The position numbers and the translations under genes were made by a program. DNA of 63,258 nt, the filler included, from Stramenopiles sp. TOSAG23-3 (lineage: Eukaryota), in assembly GCA_900128585.1 (NCBI GenBank). It is 2 parts of 2 records of this genome, joined end to end, with 100 filler letters (N's around TTAATTAATTAA, not from the genome) between each part and the next. Parts side by side here need not be neighbours in the genome. Positions count along the whole stretch, not along the records: positions 1 to 31,692 come from LT642221.1; 1 more part is not named here. The stretch is one strand, 5' to 3'. This document shows positions 10,910-23,600 of the stretch, piece after piece (position 1 is the stretch's first letter; each line of letters begins with the position of its first letter). The notes beneath the pieces were generated by a model. The model made no database searches. It saw only the letters and a list, made by a program, of their open reading frames with translations, and had not been told where the DNA came from.

Positions 10910-13900
10910 ATGAATAGCCGTGGCAGAGAAGGTTATGAGGAAATGGTTTCAAGCTATATGTCCCTAGTGTCGAACACTTTAAGCGGTTCAAAGCCACTCG
11001 TTTATGGTGAGTTTTTGCGTGCTATGGTAGCGTTTGATAACGGTACTCTTGAAGCCGACCGTTGCCTACGCATCGTACGCAGACTATTTAGTAAGTTTCC
11101 GCGGCTACTGAGCGGATTTGAGCACATGCACAGAGCGTTAGTGGGGGAAGACAAACTTGTCGCCAAACCCTCCGCTACCCACCTTTTGAAAAGTGCCGCC
11201 GGCGAATCCAACTTTGCCGATACCACGAATGGGCCAAATTTGAACGGAACAGACCGCAAAGGTAGACGAGAGGACAGCCCTGCCGTGGAACCAAAGATAG
11301 GGCAGCCCCTTGAAGTTGGAGCGACTGTTAATAATAATAAGCGTAGCAGAAACGGTCATATTGAACGGCGAGGCGTGAAAAAAATTAAAGCCGCTAAAAC
11401 ATGTGTCACGTTAAAGGGGAAAGGTAGATTCCGAGCATGCGCGAACAATTTGAAAACCCCGAATTCTACCCAATTTTTACGTATGGGGTCAAAATGCGTG
11501 TTGAATGTGTATTTTGCACATAAAATCAAGAGTGGAAAATTGAAAGAATTGTTGAAACCCGTGTTTGCTGGCATGAATACCCTTTTTCACAATATACAGC
11601 AAAACGATCTGATTCAAAGTTTGCTCTCGTCAACAGGGAACGACGCCGAAAGATTTTGCAGCAATCATGTTACGGAGGTCAACGAATTGATAAAACACAC
11701 ACGGGTCGCAAAAGATTTTTTATACGAATGCTATAGCTCCCAAGTCAGGGAAAATTTGGAAAAAGAAAGAAACAACGCGAAAGCGTACGCAAGAAGTCGT
11801 CAGAATTTTCGACCGTTTCACAATTCGAACCGGTCAAATGAGCTTATTGGCGAAATGGACGACCATCCGGATACAAAGTTGGAAATTGTTGCCAGAGATT
11901 TGTCGCAGACTTTAAATCGCCCGTGTGGATACAAACGACAGACAGAAGGAGCTGTGGTTGTCACCAGCATTCCCTGTGGACGAGGTTCGGGCGATAAGCC
12001 CTCATACAGCCACGATGCTATTCGAAACCCCGTCTTCCCGCCCAACCCCCACTCGTCATGTTACATAGGCATTTCTGACAACTACTACAAAGACGACGAA
12101 AGTGTGCTGCGATATGTTCCTTGGTTTGGTGATAACGACGAAGAAGGAGTGGATCTAAGCGCATATGATGTCGTGCCTGGGGAAGAAGACAAGATGATGG
12201 CCCATGAAGGAGATGATTATTTGGCAATAACTTGGACGTTCACGATCGTTCTTGCTGCACACATGTATGGTGGTTTGTTGGGTGAAGATGGAGAACGTGG
12301 ACGTGTATTTGATGGCAGAAATGTTAGCAAAGTGCCAAAATCCATTTTTTGCCTGGTGGGGAAATTGATGGGAGGCTTTGGTGGAAGCACGGTATTTCAG
12401 CGCATAGAAGAACTACTTTCCAAGAGCAAAAATGGATTTTTCATAGACACCGTTTATCTGAAACAGTTAGACGGTTGGGCACAAGACATCTACAGCAAGT
12501 CCAGGAAGAAAAGGGGGTTAGATCAGCAGAGGACCGATTTGACACGCTCGACACTGTCCATATTCTGTTGGAAGAAGGAATTTCGTAGCGATATCATAGC
12601 CAGCACCAAGTCCACAAAGTTTGCACATGCCAAAAAGAAATTGTCCGAAGATGTCCGTTCTCGGTTCCAACTCTTGCCAGAAATGCAAACTATGTTCGCA
12701 AATGGTTCAGCTCACAGGGGACTCAGAAAAGGCCCGTTCATATTTGCAGGAGATGAAGACAACGTAAATGGCAGTATCGAGCAAGACGCGGGGTGGTTGA
12801 TGGAGTCGTATAAATCCTTGTTTTGCAGACGATGTTTTGTGTACGATTGCCAAAAGCATGGTGCTGAGCATCCTGTGCCTCGTTGGCCGGAAAAGATAAA
12901 TGTTGGTCGTCGAGGGAGTCTTACTCCCTGCAGTGGAAGTTGCCATCTTGCCGTAAAAAGGAAGACCGCTCGAATCAGCAATGCTGCTCTAAGCAATGTG
13001 TCTAACCCCGACGTCGAACTTGCATATCAAGTATTGCGTTCAACAAACGGAAATACCTGCAAAGCAGTTAATATCCTGGGAAACCACTGGGGGGACGGGG
13101 CAGTGATGCCCAGCTGCATTTTTTTGCATATTTTAGTGTCTCAGAAATGGCCAGAATTGCTAGAAGATGACGAGCAAAAGGGGCGGGCAAAAAAAGGGAA
13201 AAAACAAATGAAACCAAAGCCTGTCCGTCGAGAGCGTCTGTTTACGGATGCATCATTCAAACCTTGCGATCACGAAGGAGCCTGCACCGTTGCAAATGGG
13301 TGCTCGTGTGCAAAAAATAACAACTACTGTGAAAAATACTGCGCATGCGTAAAATCGTGCAAAAATAGGTATCTCGGCTGCAACTGCAGAGGAAAGTGTG
13401 TAACAAAAACATGTCACTGCGTAGCAGCGAGTCGGGAATGTGATCCTGATTTATGCGTGAATTGTGTTTGCGACGATAGTTGTCATAATTGCGTGATGCA
13501 CAAAAGGCGCGTTAAACTTGTTATTGGTCACTCTTCTATTCACGGTTGGGGCTGTTTCACGACTGAGTTTATAAAGAGAGGCGCTTTCATCAGTTCATAT
13601 CTAGGTGAGTTAATATCTCAGGACGAGGCCGATCGCCGTGGAAAAATTTATGATAAGCTTAAATGTAGCTTTTTGTTTGATCTGAATACAGATTACGTTA
13701 TTGACGCAACGAGAAAAGGCAACAAATTGAAGTATGCTAATCACAGTCATGAATTTGCTAATATGGCTCCACGAATTGTGATTCGCAATGGTGATCACTA
13801 TGTTCATATGTATGCAAAACGCGATATTGAGCCGGGGGAAGAGCTGTGCTTTAATTATGGTTACGGTTCCGATGGATCTGGCAATGAATGGGCCAATCTA

Positions 13901-13921
13901 AAAAGGTGGAAGCGACGGTGA
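10910..13921 (+). CDS. EZH: Enhancer of zeste-type histone H3K27 methyltransferase (PRC2 catalytic subunit) with N-terminal PAH-like domain
   Basis: SAL/SRM-like DDESVLRYVPWFGD; MCSS LFCRRCFVYDCQKH; CXC (CEKYCAC...RECDPDLC); SET (GWG, YLGELISQDEADRRGKIYDK, SFLFDLN, DATRKGNKLKYANHS, ELCFNY). Confidence 0.93.
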   Translation: MNSRGREGYEEMVSSYMSLVSNTLSGSKPLVYGEFLRAMVAFDNGTLEADRCLRIVRRLFSKFPRLLSGFEHMHRALVGEDKLVAKPSATHLLKSAAGESNFADTTNGPNLNGTDRKGRREDSPAVEPKIGQPLEVGATVNNNKRSRNGHIERRGVKKIKAAKTCVTLKGKGRFRACANNLKTPNSTQFLRMGSKCVLNVYFAHKIKSGKLKELLKPVFAGMNTLFHNIQQNDLIQSLLSSTGNDAERFCSNHVTEVNELIKHTRVAKDFLYECYSSQVRENLEKERNNAKAYARSRQNFRPFHNSNRSNELIGEMDDHPDTKLEIVARDLSQTLNRPCGYKRQTEGAVVVTSIPCGRGSGDKPSYSHDAIRNPVFPPNPHSSCYIGISDNYYKDDESVLRYVPWFGDNDEEGVDLSAYDVVPGEEDKMMAHEGDDYLAITWTFTIVLAAHMYGGLLGEDGERGRVFDGRNVSKVPKSIFCLVGKLMGGFGGSTVFQRIEELLSKSKNGFFIDTVYLKQLDGWAQDIYSKSRKKRGLDQQRTDLTRSTLSIFCWKKEFRSDIIASTKSTKFAHAKKKLSEDVRSRFQLLPEMQTMFANGSAHRGLRKGPFIFAGDEDNVNGSIEQDAGWLMESYKSLFCRRCFVYDCQKHGAEHPVPRWPEKINVGRRGSLTPCSGSCHLAVKRKTARISNAALSNVSNPDVELAYQVLRSTNGNTCKAVNILGNHWGDGAVMPSCIFLHILVSQKWPELLEDDEQKGRAKKGKKQMKPKPVRRERLFTDASFKPCDHEGACTVANGCSCAKNNNYCEKYCACVKSCKNRYLGCNCRGKCVTKTCHCVAASRECDPDLCVNCVCDDSCHNCVMHKRRVKLVIGHSSIHGWGCFTTEFIKRGAFISSYLGELISQDEADRRGKIYDKLKCSFLFDLNTDYVIDATRKGNKLKYANHSHEFANMAPRIVIRNGDHYVHMYAKRDIEPGEELCFNYGYGSDGSGNEWANLKRWKRR

Positions 13922-14657
13922 AAGTAAGAAATAAATTACGTGCAATTTAAAACAAAATTAATGGACCATGGCTGTCACTTACATCTGTATGTGTATACGA
14001 CCACGAAACGATCAAACTCAATACCGATCATTATTTCATTGAGCAGTACCACANNNNNNNNNNNNNNNNNNNNNNNNNNNNNNNNNNNNNNNNNNNNNNN
14101 NNNNNNNNNNNNNNNNNGACATTGTTCTTGAACTGACACCTTCTTTTTTTCTTTAATTTTAATTACTATAAAAAATAACAGCCAAATTTTTCTTGAGTAA
14201 TAAAATTAAACATTACTCCAAATAACTCAGTTCTAATTTTTGTTTTCAGCGTAATATCATACCACGAAAGTAAATTCTCAGTTTTTTTTTTATACGAAGA
14301 AAGTACCTGGTACCCGATCCCCCTTCTTAGTATTAAGTGACTGGTACGGTACCTGGGTACCAGGTACCGGTTTGTTAAAAGCAACCTCGAAATCTTGTTT
14401 TTCCTTCTTACAATTGTAGTGTAGAGTATTTTACAAGTACGTAAATAAGCATATATTAGATAGGAAAATCTGTTCGGACATTCATATCTATAAAAAAAAC
14501 CAGGTAATAGCAGGCAACAGAAGAAAATCGAAAAAATAAAAACAGATTTTTTCTTTTCCGACTGTCGGATTTAAATGACTTCTATCATATACCATAACAT
14601 ACTCAAAATACTTATTATTTTTATGAATTCTTAACTTACATTTATTTTAATTTTTTC

Positions 14658-17600
14658 TTAGTCCATTGAGCACAACAAAGCTGCTCCGCGAAGTTCCCAA
14701 TGTTGCGGCCTTGCTTCACGGGTTGGTAAGTCAACTACGCAAATAAGATGGAGGTCCGTACGCCTAGGGTACTTATAGAGGGGGCAAGAATAAGCGCCGT
14801 AAGGACCGTACTCTCCAGAACTACCCCTCTTTTGATTGGAGGTAACCGCGGTTATGTACAACACTGGAAGAGGTGAAAACAACTTTTTTGGATCGCTCTC
14901 CACAAGCGAATTGTCCTGCTTACTCCATGCACAACCGTCAAGAAAAAGTCCATAGACGTACACACCCTCCTGTGGCGATTTTTTCACATTGGCTTTTCCA
15001 GTAAATTCAGTCACCTCGGTGTGCAAGAGGACATCGTCAAGGCTCCATCTGTCATTAAGGTGGGCCCGGGTAACTTCTTGTTTCATGGCAGTTAGAAAGC
15101 CCTGTGGGTTAAAGAAGGCAGTAATTGAAAACGAGGTGGGGCTCCCTTTCGACAGCCATGAAGACAATTGCTCGTTTCTTTCAATCAGGTTGCCAAACCA
15201 TACCCCAAGATTAGGGGATAACCACGATATTTCATTTCCCGACGCACTAGATACCCATGAAGGCGGTACTCGAGCGTCAAATAAGGCATTCATTGAATCC
15301 ATTAACCTGGCAGTCATAACCACTTCTCCCCGAATCGCTTGCATGAGCACAGACAAAGTCAGACGAACAATAGAAATAACCACCTGCAGCCTTTGCACCT
15401 CTTGGAACAAAAATACGTTCAGCGGTATATCAAGGCCACCAAGTTTATTGATCTGGTTAACATATGCATCTTGCACATATGCGCTTGGCAATTTGTCCAG
15501 CAATTCTTTTGCTTTTTCCATCACAAGCTGTTCCCTAGTTTTCCCACCTTCACCCCCAACAGCAGATTTTGGCTGCGTTTCCAAAAGAGTGTCCAGAAGC
15601 TCTGTCACTTCTTTCGTCCGGTACGTCATGTCAGCGTTAGGATGTAACCCAAATATCTCTGGCGAGTCAACTTCTGGGTAAGTGCTTAGATACTGCCGGT
15701 AAATATCGATTTCCATGCCATCTGGAATTGAGTAAACGAAGTCTTTCGGAATTTTTCCTACCATAGTTGACGGATTGAAGGTAAAATTAGGGGCCAAAGT
15801 ACTGGGGGTCAACCACGTCTCAGTATAAGTTTTGAACATTCGCCTGTCCATATCGTCCGTAATCTTTCCACCGTATTGAACCTCGCTTACAATGTATTGC
15901 AATGTCGGCCACGAAATTTGTTGCGAATACAAGTGTTTCTCCAAAAACGTCGCACATGCCCCCAAATCACTAGAATTGAACTCATATGGAATGCACCACC
16001 CTAGTGCTCCGAACTTACGCCTTTCCATAATTATAGAGTGAAGAAAGCACAACGAGAACAATAATGCTCTCCATTGCGGTGTGTCAACCCTCTCTAGTTT
16101 TTCTTGATCGACGAAAGCAGAATAGTTATGCAGCATACCGGCCCGAAGTCCAGCTGGGGGCTCGTTTGTGACTTTCATAGAACATTGCAGCAGCCCTATT
16201 GGAAATTGTGGATGGGGTTCAGATGTCAAAAACAGTCTGAATGCTTCATTCGTGTTCCCATCCGTTTTTTTCAACTTAGTCAAAACATCTTCTAATGTCA
16301 TAACGAAGTCCAACCCGAGATGACAGTTTTGCAACAAAACCCAGGTGCCACCGACCGAAGCAGAAGAAATAGCTTTTAAGGCATAGGGTTCTTGGCCTTC
16401 CCCAAGTGACACAGTTGTAACAGTTGTCTTTTGTTTTCGCGCAAATGCGTAAACATCCTCGGTAGGATCACTTCCCGCAGAAAGAAGGAAGATGACTGGA
16501 CTAGACCATTCAGTTGAGGCAAATACTTCTTCCATGGTGTCGGTTTGCGCGTCAACGTACCGTGGCCCTAACGCTGGTAATTTCGTTGACGACCCTTTCA
16601 CTTCAATTTCTTCTAGTTCGCGCACAAAATCTAAGGCAGCTAAAATAAAGCGATCTGGCCGAAGGCTTCTGATCAGTAACAATTTTAGAAACAATCCCCT
16701 TGCATGACCTTCGCTTGCAAAACGTGCACTTACATCAGGTGGGTCCATTTTCTCTGGTTCATTTTCTTCCCACCAACGACGCCATTGCGCTTCACTCCGC
16801 GTCATATCGTCGCAAAGAGAATGAAAAAATGGACACTCCTCGGACAGGTTCACAACATTAAGCCAAATATTAGTGTCCAGCCAGTCGAACGGCTTCGGTT
16901 TGGTCGTCGCCGCGTCCAATGCAGCCCCACCCTTCAAAAGGGTCATTACCTCGTTTTGTCCCAAAACGCTGGCCGTTACTAACATTTTACAAGACGACAC
17001 AAGGATGTACGCAAGCCGATCCTGCCCATACATGCAGCGGTTCATATAGCGGTACGTATCGTAAGTCAACGTTTCGACTATATTGGTCACCCGTTTTGAC
17101 GAGAGTGATGCTTTCTCGGCAGTATCCATCGACCTTTTAAATATCCCAATAAACTGAGTGAGACTTGTCAAGTACATGTTGTTCACCGCGCTCATATCGA
17201 CAACTGAAAAATACAGGACGGAGGCTCGGGTGGCGACTGCACGATACTGTTCTCGTTTCTCGTTAATTGCAATCTTTGTCTCCTGGGCAGCGATTAGTTT
17301 CTTGTTGACCTCTGTCGCTTTTTTCTTCGTTTCCCCTAGAACCTCGATCAATTCAACATCATCTAACAGGTTTCCCTTGTTCTCCGTTAGTCTTTGCAGG
17401 AGCTGTTCATCGAGCACAAGCAAAGCTTTGGTGTTGCTGGCAACCGATGCGAGAACCTCGTTCAATTGGTCTTCTAGAATCTGTTGTTCTTTCTTTATAA
17501 CACGGCCTAATAATTGTTCTTCTAGACCAAGTACTGTAACAGTAAAGTCTACAACAGTTGCGCGGGCTTGTATCTCCGGTGAGAAATGGGGATTTGGCAA

Positions 17601-20600
17601 CCGTGTTGTTAAATATAACATGAACGCCTCGTCGTATTCGCACATTTTGTCTCCTACTGTAATGTACAGGGACCTTGCTTTTTTTATTACGTGCTTTTCT
17701 AAAATCGGATCCAACATGGGGTCAATCTCTTCTTCAATGCCAGTGATAATTAATGCCTGGCCCTCACTTAATGTTTGCTCAATTTGATCTCTCAACCTAG
17801 GGTTAGTCAAAGTAGTTGCCCCAAAAGCCGGCATATTGTCAGCTTCACGCCGAAGTATCCAGTCTAAACCTTGTCCTTGGGGATCGACCAGAAGGGGATA
17901 GCGTGTCGCTTGAGTGACTAACACCCCGTTGTCAATCGACAACGGGTCCGTTGGTAGCCCCTGAACATTCCATTCCCCTACCATACCTTGGTCAACGAGA
18001 AAGGATTGTAAGTTCAAGGATTCGGTTGCCGGAATACTTCGTTTATGGAGGTCCATCGAAACTTTACCTTTCACGATCATATCTCTGAACGCCTGATTAA
18101 ATGGGCCGCAATAACTCAGAAACGCAGAAGCTGAAGCACAGTCTCCAACTAATCGCATGATTTCGTCGGCGAACTTTTTGCTGTCTTCTTTCCACCTTTG
18201 CCTTTCGCCCGAGAGGCCTTCAATCAACTGTGTTGCCATCTCCATTTTTCTTCTCGTTTTATTCGCATTGTCCTCAATCGCTTGCTTTTCCGCCATTTTA
18301 CTTTCAAATTGTGCCTGCAGCGCGTCTAATTTGGCCTTGCACTTATCCAACCTCCCTGATGCAATTGCAAGCTCTTTGTTTGCATGGTCAAGTTTTGAAG
18401 ATGCAATTGCCAAGCTCTCCAATTTAGGTTTCACAACTTTGGATGCGTGGTGATACATAGACATAGCCCGAACCCATGAGCAAAGTCCTTCCGCGGCTTG
18501 GGACGCATTTCTCGCTACCGATGGCAAAAACGACTCAAGTTCCAAATAAGGGGCAATCAATTCCATCGTTTCTTCATTCATATTGTCTTTCTCGTGTTGC
18601 GAAAAATAAAATAATGATTTCAGGAAATGGGCGTCAGTCAGCATACCAGCTTTAATAATGGTGTAAGAATTTTGCAAGAACATGAAAGTTTCTTTGTCTT
18701 TACCAATACCCATCGTTACAGGGGCCTTTTCTACTTTGGCCATTGGCTGCATTCGCAATATTGACACACAGTCAAACACCAACTTGATGATATCGGAGGG
18801 TTTCGGCAACTTTTTCAGTTCATTTAAATCTGCTGGCTTAATAGAGTTCACAGCCCTTTCCGCCTCATCTAAGAACGGTTGCGCTTTATCTAAATCTGCC
18901 TGGCACGCCTTTTTCTCCTCTTCGATAGTTTTTGATTCCGCTTCGCAAGAATCCCTGATTAGACCAACAGCTTCGCTTTCCTTCTTAGCTTCTAGTGATG
19001 AGACTTGTAATGTTCCGAGCATTGCACTACACTCCTTATCGGACTCTTTCAACACTTCCTCCTGAGCCGCTAGCTCTACTTTCATCTTCTCGACGTCAGC
19101 TGCGCCCTTCAAAAGCTTATCTAAACCGAGTTTCACCCTGGACTCTTTAGTTTTTACCAGTTCTAATTTCTTGGAATAAATATTTTTGTACAGCGTCAAA
19201 TACGAAAGAAATGCTTTTGGGGTTTGGTGAACGTGCCTGCGCATTTTTTGAAAGTAATCCCCACATGTTTCTACAACAGTAGAGTGCGTTGTCCCCATGT
19301 GTTCAGTCAGCTGCTGCAAAACGTTTTTGTCACATTCGATGCTGGAGAACGATGATATAAAGCCATCAGCAACTCCCACCAATGCCTCTTTGGGCCACGC
19401 AAGGAAGAAATCGATGGTCGTTCCATTGATCAAACCCGGGAACTTCCTTGCCCTTTCAGCAAAATTTGGATTCATTGGAGACATGCATAATACTAGATGC
19501 AAGTTTTTCCTCACCACATCCACGAAATATTTGACTAAGTTTTCTGTGTTATCGTTCATGCCCGGCCTTTCTTTTGCAAAAGATGCACGAAGGTCGGCGA
19601 CCATAAGGTTGAGCTCATCTTTAGGAAAGAGCCCTGCCACCTCCCCGGTCATCAAAATACTATTAATGTATTCCAGAAAGTCTTCAGTCACGATGTCACC
19701 ATCGGTAAATATCCACGTTACGCCACGGCCCTGCTGCCCCGCAATCTTAAATAACTCTCTGGTGTCTTCCAACAAGCTAGCAACGTTGTAAGATTTTGTA
19801 AGAGAAATTTGGAAAATGTGCTGCCGTGCTATGTACGCCGCGAGCTTTGTTGAAGACCTCTTTCCACTACCCCCGACCCCAACAAGCAATGCATTGCCTC
19901 GGTCCATTCCAATTATACGAGATACACGGAGGATATGGCGTAGAGCATCATCGAAGAGCACGAGCTCCATGCGTTCGGAAGGTTTATCTTCGTTGTGGTT
20001 TGCTAAAAACATCTGGGCAATTGGGCGGACATCAGATAGTCTTCCACCATGTTCGTAAACTCGGGGCGCTTCGTTGATTAGGATCCCGTCTTCGTCGTAT
20101 TCATCCTCACGCAAAAAATCTACAAACAGAGGATATTCATCCTTTACTTTAATATTGTCAGCTGTGCCATTTCCAAAATTTTTGTTGGTAATCGCATTTA
20201 ATTCTTTCATGAATTTCTTTTTGTCGTTAATCCCTGTAAGTTTGTCAGAGAATACCCTTTCAGCTTCGTGATGCCATAATTGGAGCAGCATTTTCTCAGA
20301 TGAAATTACTTGCCTGGGGACACGTAAAATTCCTTGGAACACACGGCTTAAATCGCGCATGTTGAAAATGTAAAAAAAATTTGCTGGCGTTGGCAAAAAG
20401 TTGCTCTTCACCCAAGTCCATAACGCAATAGTTGCTCCTGTCAGTTTTTTGGCGCTTTCTCTTATGCCTGCAGAGCCTTTCGATTTCTTGGCTTTACCTT
20501 TGCCTTTACCTTTTTCAGATTTCGAAGCCACAGGGCTTGCACCAAATCTTCCACCGAGCATTTGCCCGTAAATGTCATCAACAGAAGACATGGTCGGTAT

Positions 20601-23600
20601 TGTCATGTTGAAAATAAAAAATAGCTGCTTCAGTCTGTTCGGCAAGTCGTTCTTGCCACCGGACGGAGTATTCGCTGCAGCGACATAGGTCAAATCTTCA
20701 ACAAACTTTAAGTCTCCCCTCTTGTCCTTATCCAGAAAGCAGACGCTATTGTCCGCCACAAGCTGACGAACGCACTCTAGCGTTGGTTGATTCCCCCATT
20801 CATTTACTTCCGGCATGTTCATATCATCGAGAAAAACCGTCATCTGTTTCCCATTTGGGGGACCGTAAGTTTTACCTCCCCGCTTATCAAGTTCGCCTTC
20901 GATGCTGCCTTGAAACATCCCTCCAGTGGTTGCACTAGAAAAATTTATCTTCTTAAGCTGTCGCGTTTCAGAGTCAAATTTGTCAAAGAACATCAGTGCT
21001 GTTACGGTCTTTGCAGTCCCACCTTCACCCACCATCAACGACGGATATTTCTGCGCGTGAAGATGACTGATGATGTATTCAGATCTGGAACTGTCTAAAG
21101 TAGGAATAAGAAGATTACAGAAATCTAACTCGTCCCCTTGCCAAGACGGATACTTCCAGGATGGGGCGCTCCATTTTTGCCACGTAATGCTTTCTGGGTC
21201 GACAAAAAAGTCGTATACCGTTTCTCCTTTATCTGTAGCTTTCGGCATTTCTTCACTTACGCTTCGTAAATATTGATCGAAGCGCTCCCTGTCGTCAATG
21301 TCAAGTCTACCACCGACACTCCATGCCATTGTGTACAAAAACAGCCTCTCAACTTCAAGCTCTAAATCAGATGGTGCAATTGATAGGTTCGATTTATCCA
21401 ACAGAGCTCCCAGAAGAGCACATGCCCCTGCAATCACACTTACACGCGATGTTTTAACGACCTCTTCGCACTGCGTTCGAACAAACGCGAACCCGGCACC
21501 TTCATTTCCATCACTTCCAACAATAGTCATAAAAAACTGAGTTAGGCACGCCTGTTCGGTTTCTGGGCGTTTTGCAATCCATGCTTGGGCATATGGCAGC
21601 CAGTCTAAATCTTCGCGGCTGACATAAATGATACCCACCCTTGACACTGTAGCTGGTGATGCGTTGTTTAAGTTTTCGACTTCGAACATTAGCTTAACAT
21701 TATCCGTCATCGGTATGCGGTCGCCGTTTGCAAGGGTCAATAATTTATTATCATCCAACACAGTGTTTAAGTTTTCGATCCAAATTGCGTCAACAGGACC
21801 ATCGCAAACTATCCAAGAATGGAATTTGTTCGTTCGTTGATTCGATTTACCCCACATCATTGCAAATACGCCATCCATCCATTCACCGCTGAGCTGATCA
21901 GTCTCGCCAAACATCTCATCGGCTTGGATTGCTTTAGGATTCATACTGATAACTTTAAACGGAACTCCTTTGACTTTGCTTAATGCGTTTGCTAATGTAC
22001 CGATAATTGTACTTTTACCACCACCGGCTGGCCCAACAAGCATAATGCCATGTCTCACAAGGTATGTATCATACAGTTGCTGCACCTTAGCTAACCAGGG
22101 CTTGTGCAAAATTAACCCCTTAGATTCGACGGTTGAAGACAAAGCGTTTTGTAGTTCTACCCCACCGGCATTCCCAGCTGGCGGTTCCATACCGGGGAAA
22201 AGATCAGCCAACAGGCTCAAGAACAATGGGGTATCTTGAGATACCATCTTGCTCAGGTTCATATCTCGCAAAGTGCCCATCATCAGCAGTGCCTCGTCTT
22301 TATCCACGTTATCACGCTTCACTTTTCCTGCAGTCCTCAATACACTGAGAATGTTTCTCAGTCCGAAATCATAGTGGCGTTGTTTGCTTAGCTGTTCTTC
22401 ACATAGTCGGTAGAGAACACGAAACTTCTTTGCCAATTCGGAAAACCTTGAATATCCAACGGAGCACAACTTCACGCGAATAATGATTTCTCGATCAGGC
22501 ACCATCATAGCCACAGAGCGAAACAGAACTTTCAGATTTTCTGGTAGTTCTTGTCTACCCTGATAGCCGGGATTCATCGTAATAAAGTATCCGACAATAG
22601 GATCCATCTCAATATTTGAAGCATCCCCCGGGAATGTAAAGGTTGTCGTTGACGTCCGCTTGGCATTGGTTATTGCGAGGACCTGCTGTGCAACCACGGA
22701 CAAAACGGGCAAGCGAATTCTGTTAAACTCATCAAAACAACCCCAGAGACCGGCTTGGCATAGCCCTTTAAATATTTTTGCACAATCGGTGTAGCTATGA
22801 TTATCAGTGCAATTTGTTACGACAACGTACAAGCCTAAGGCTCGCCCTAGGTCCTTTACGGTTTCTGTTTTTCCTGTTCCCGCTGGGCCAGCAGGGGCTC
22901 CGCCGAGGCACATACCTAGCGCTTGCGACAGGGTTATGTACGCTCGATCGGTTAAAGGCGTTATTACAAGCCGTTCCTTACACCCAAGGTACTCATGGTT
23001 GTACTGAAAATCTACATCGCATATAGAAATAATGCATGCCCCCTCACCTAATTTATCGTTTGCATCTGGGTTATAGTAAAAGCGAGCTTGTTTCAACCAC
23101 TCAAAATCACTCGCAGAAGAAACTTTTCGCTCTTTATAAAGCTTCGTAAGGTCGGCAAAAACATCTCTTTGGTGCACTTGAATTGTAATTAAAGTTTCTA
23201 TTTTTCTTCTATTCATCTTGGTCCCCAAGTCACCCAAAGTCCAAGAACTGAGTTCTGACAAAACTGCTAATTGCGCTTTGTTATTATCTTGCATCGCAGT
23301 TTTTGACGTTCTGCATTTGTCTAGAGCTTCGATGCATTGCGCGGTCCAATTCACTTGTATCCCAAGGAGAGCAAACTGTGCAGGATATTTGTCAACGAAT
23401 TCCTTCAGCTCCATTTCCATAGAATCATCGCACGCTAATTCGGCTAGATCCTTCATGGTTATTTGCATAACGCCCAGTAACTTCCGTAGCCAGTCTTCGA
23501 TGTTTCCAGTTGCAGAAACGGACTTGACAAGTTTAATACATTCTTCGTCGGCCCCGCTTGCATTTACTAACTCAATTATATCATTTTTCTTTTTCTCGTC

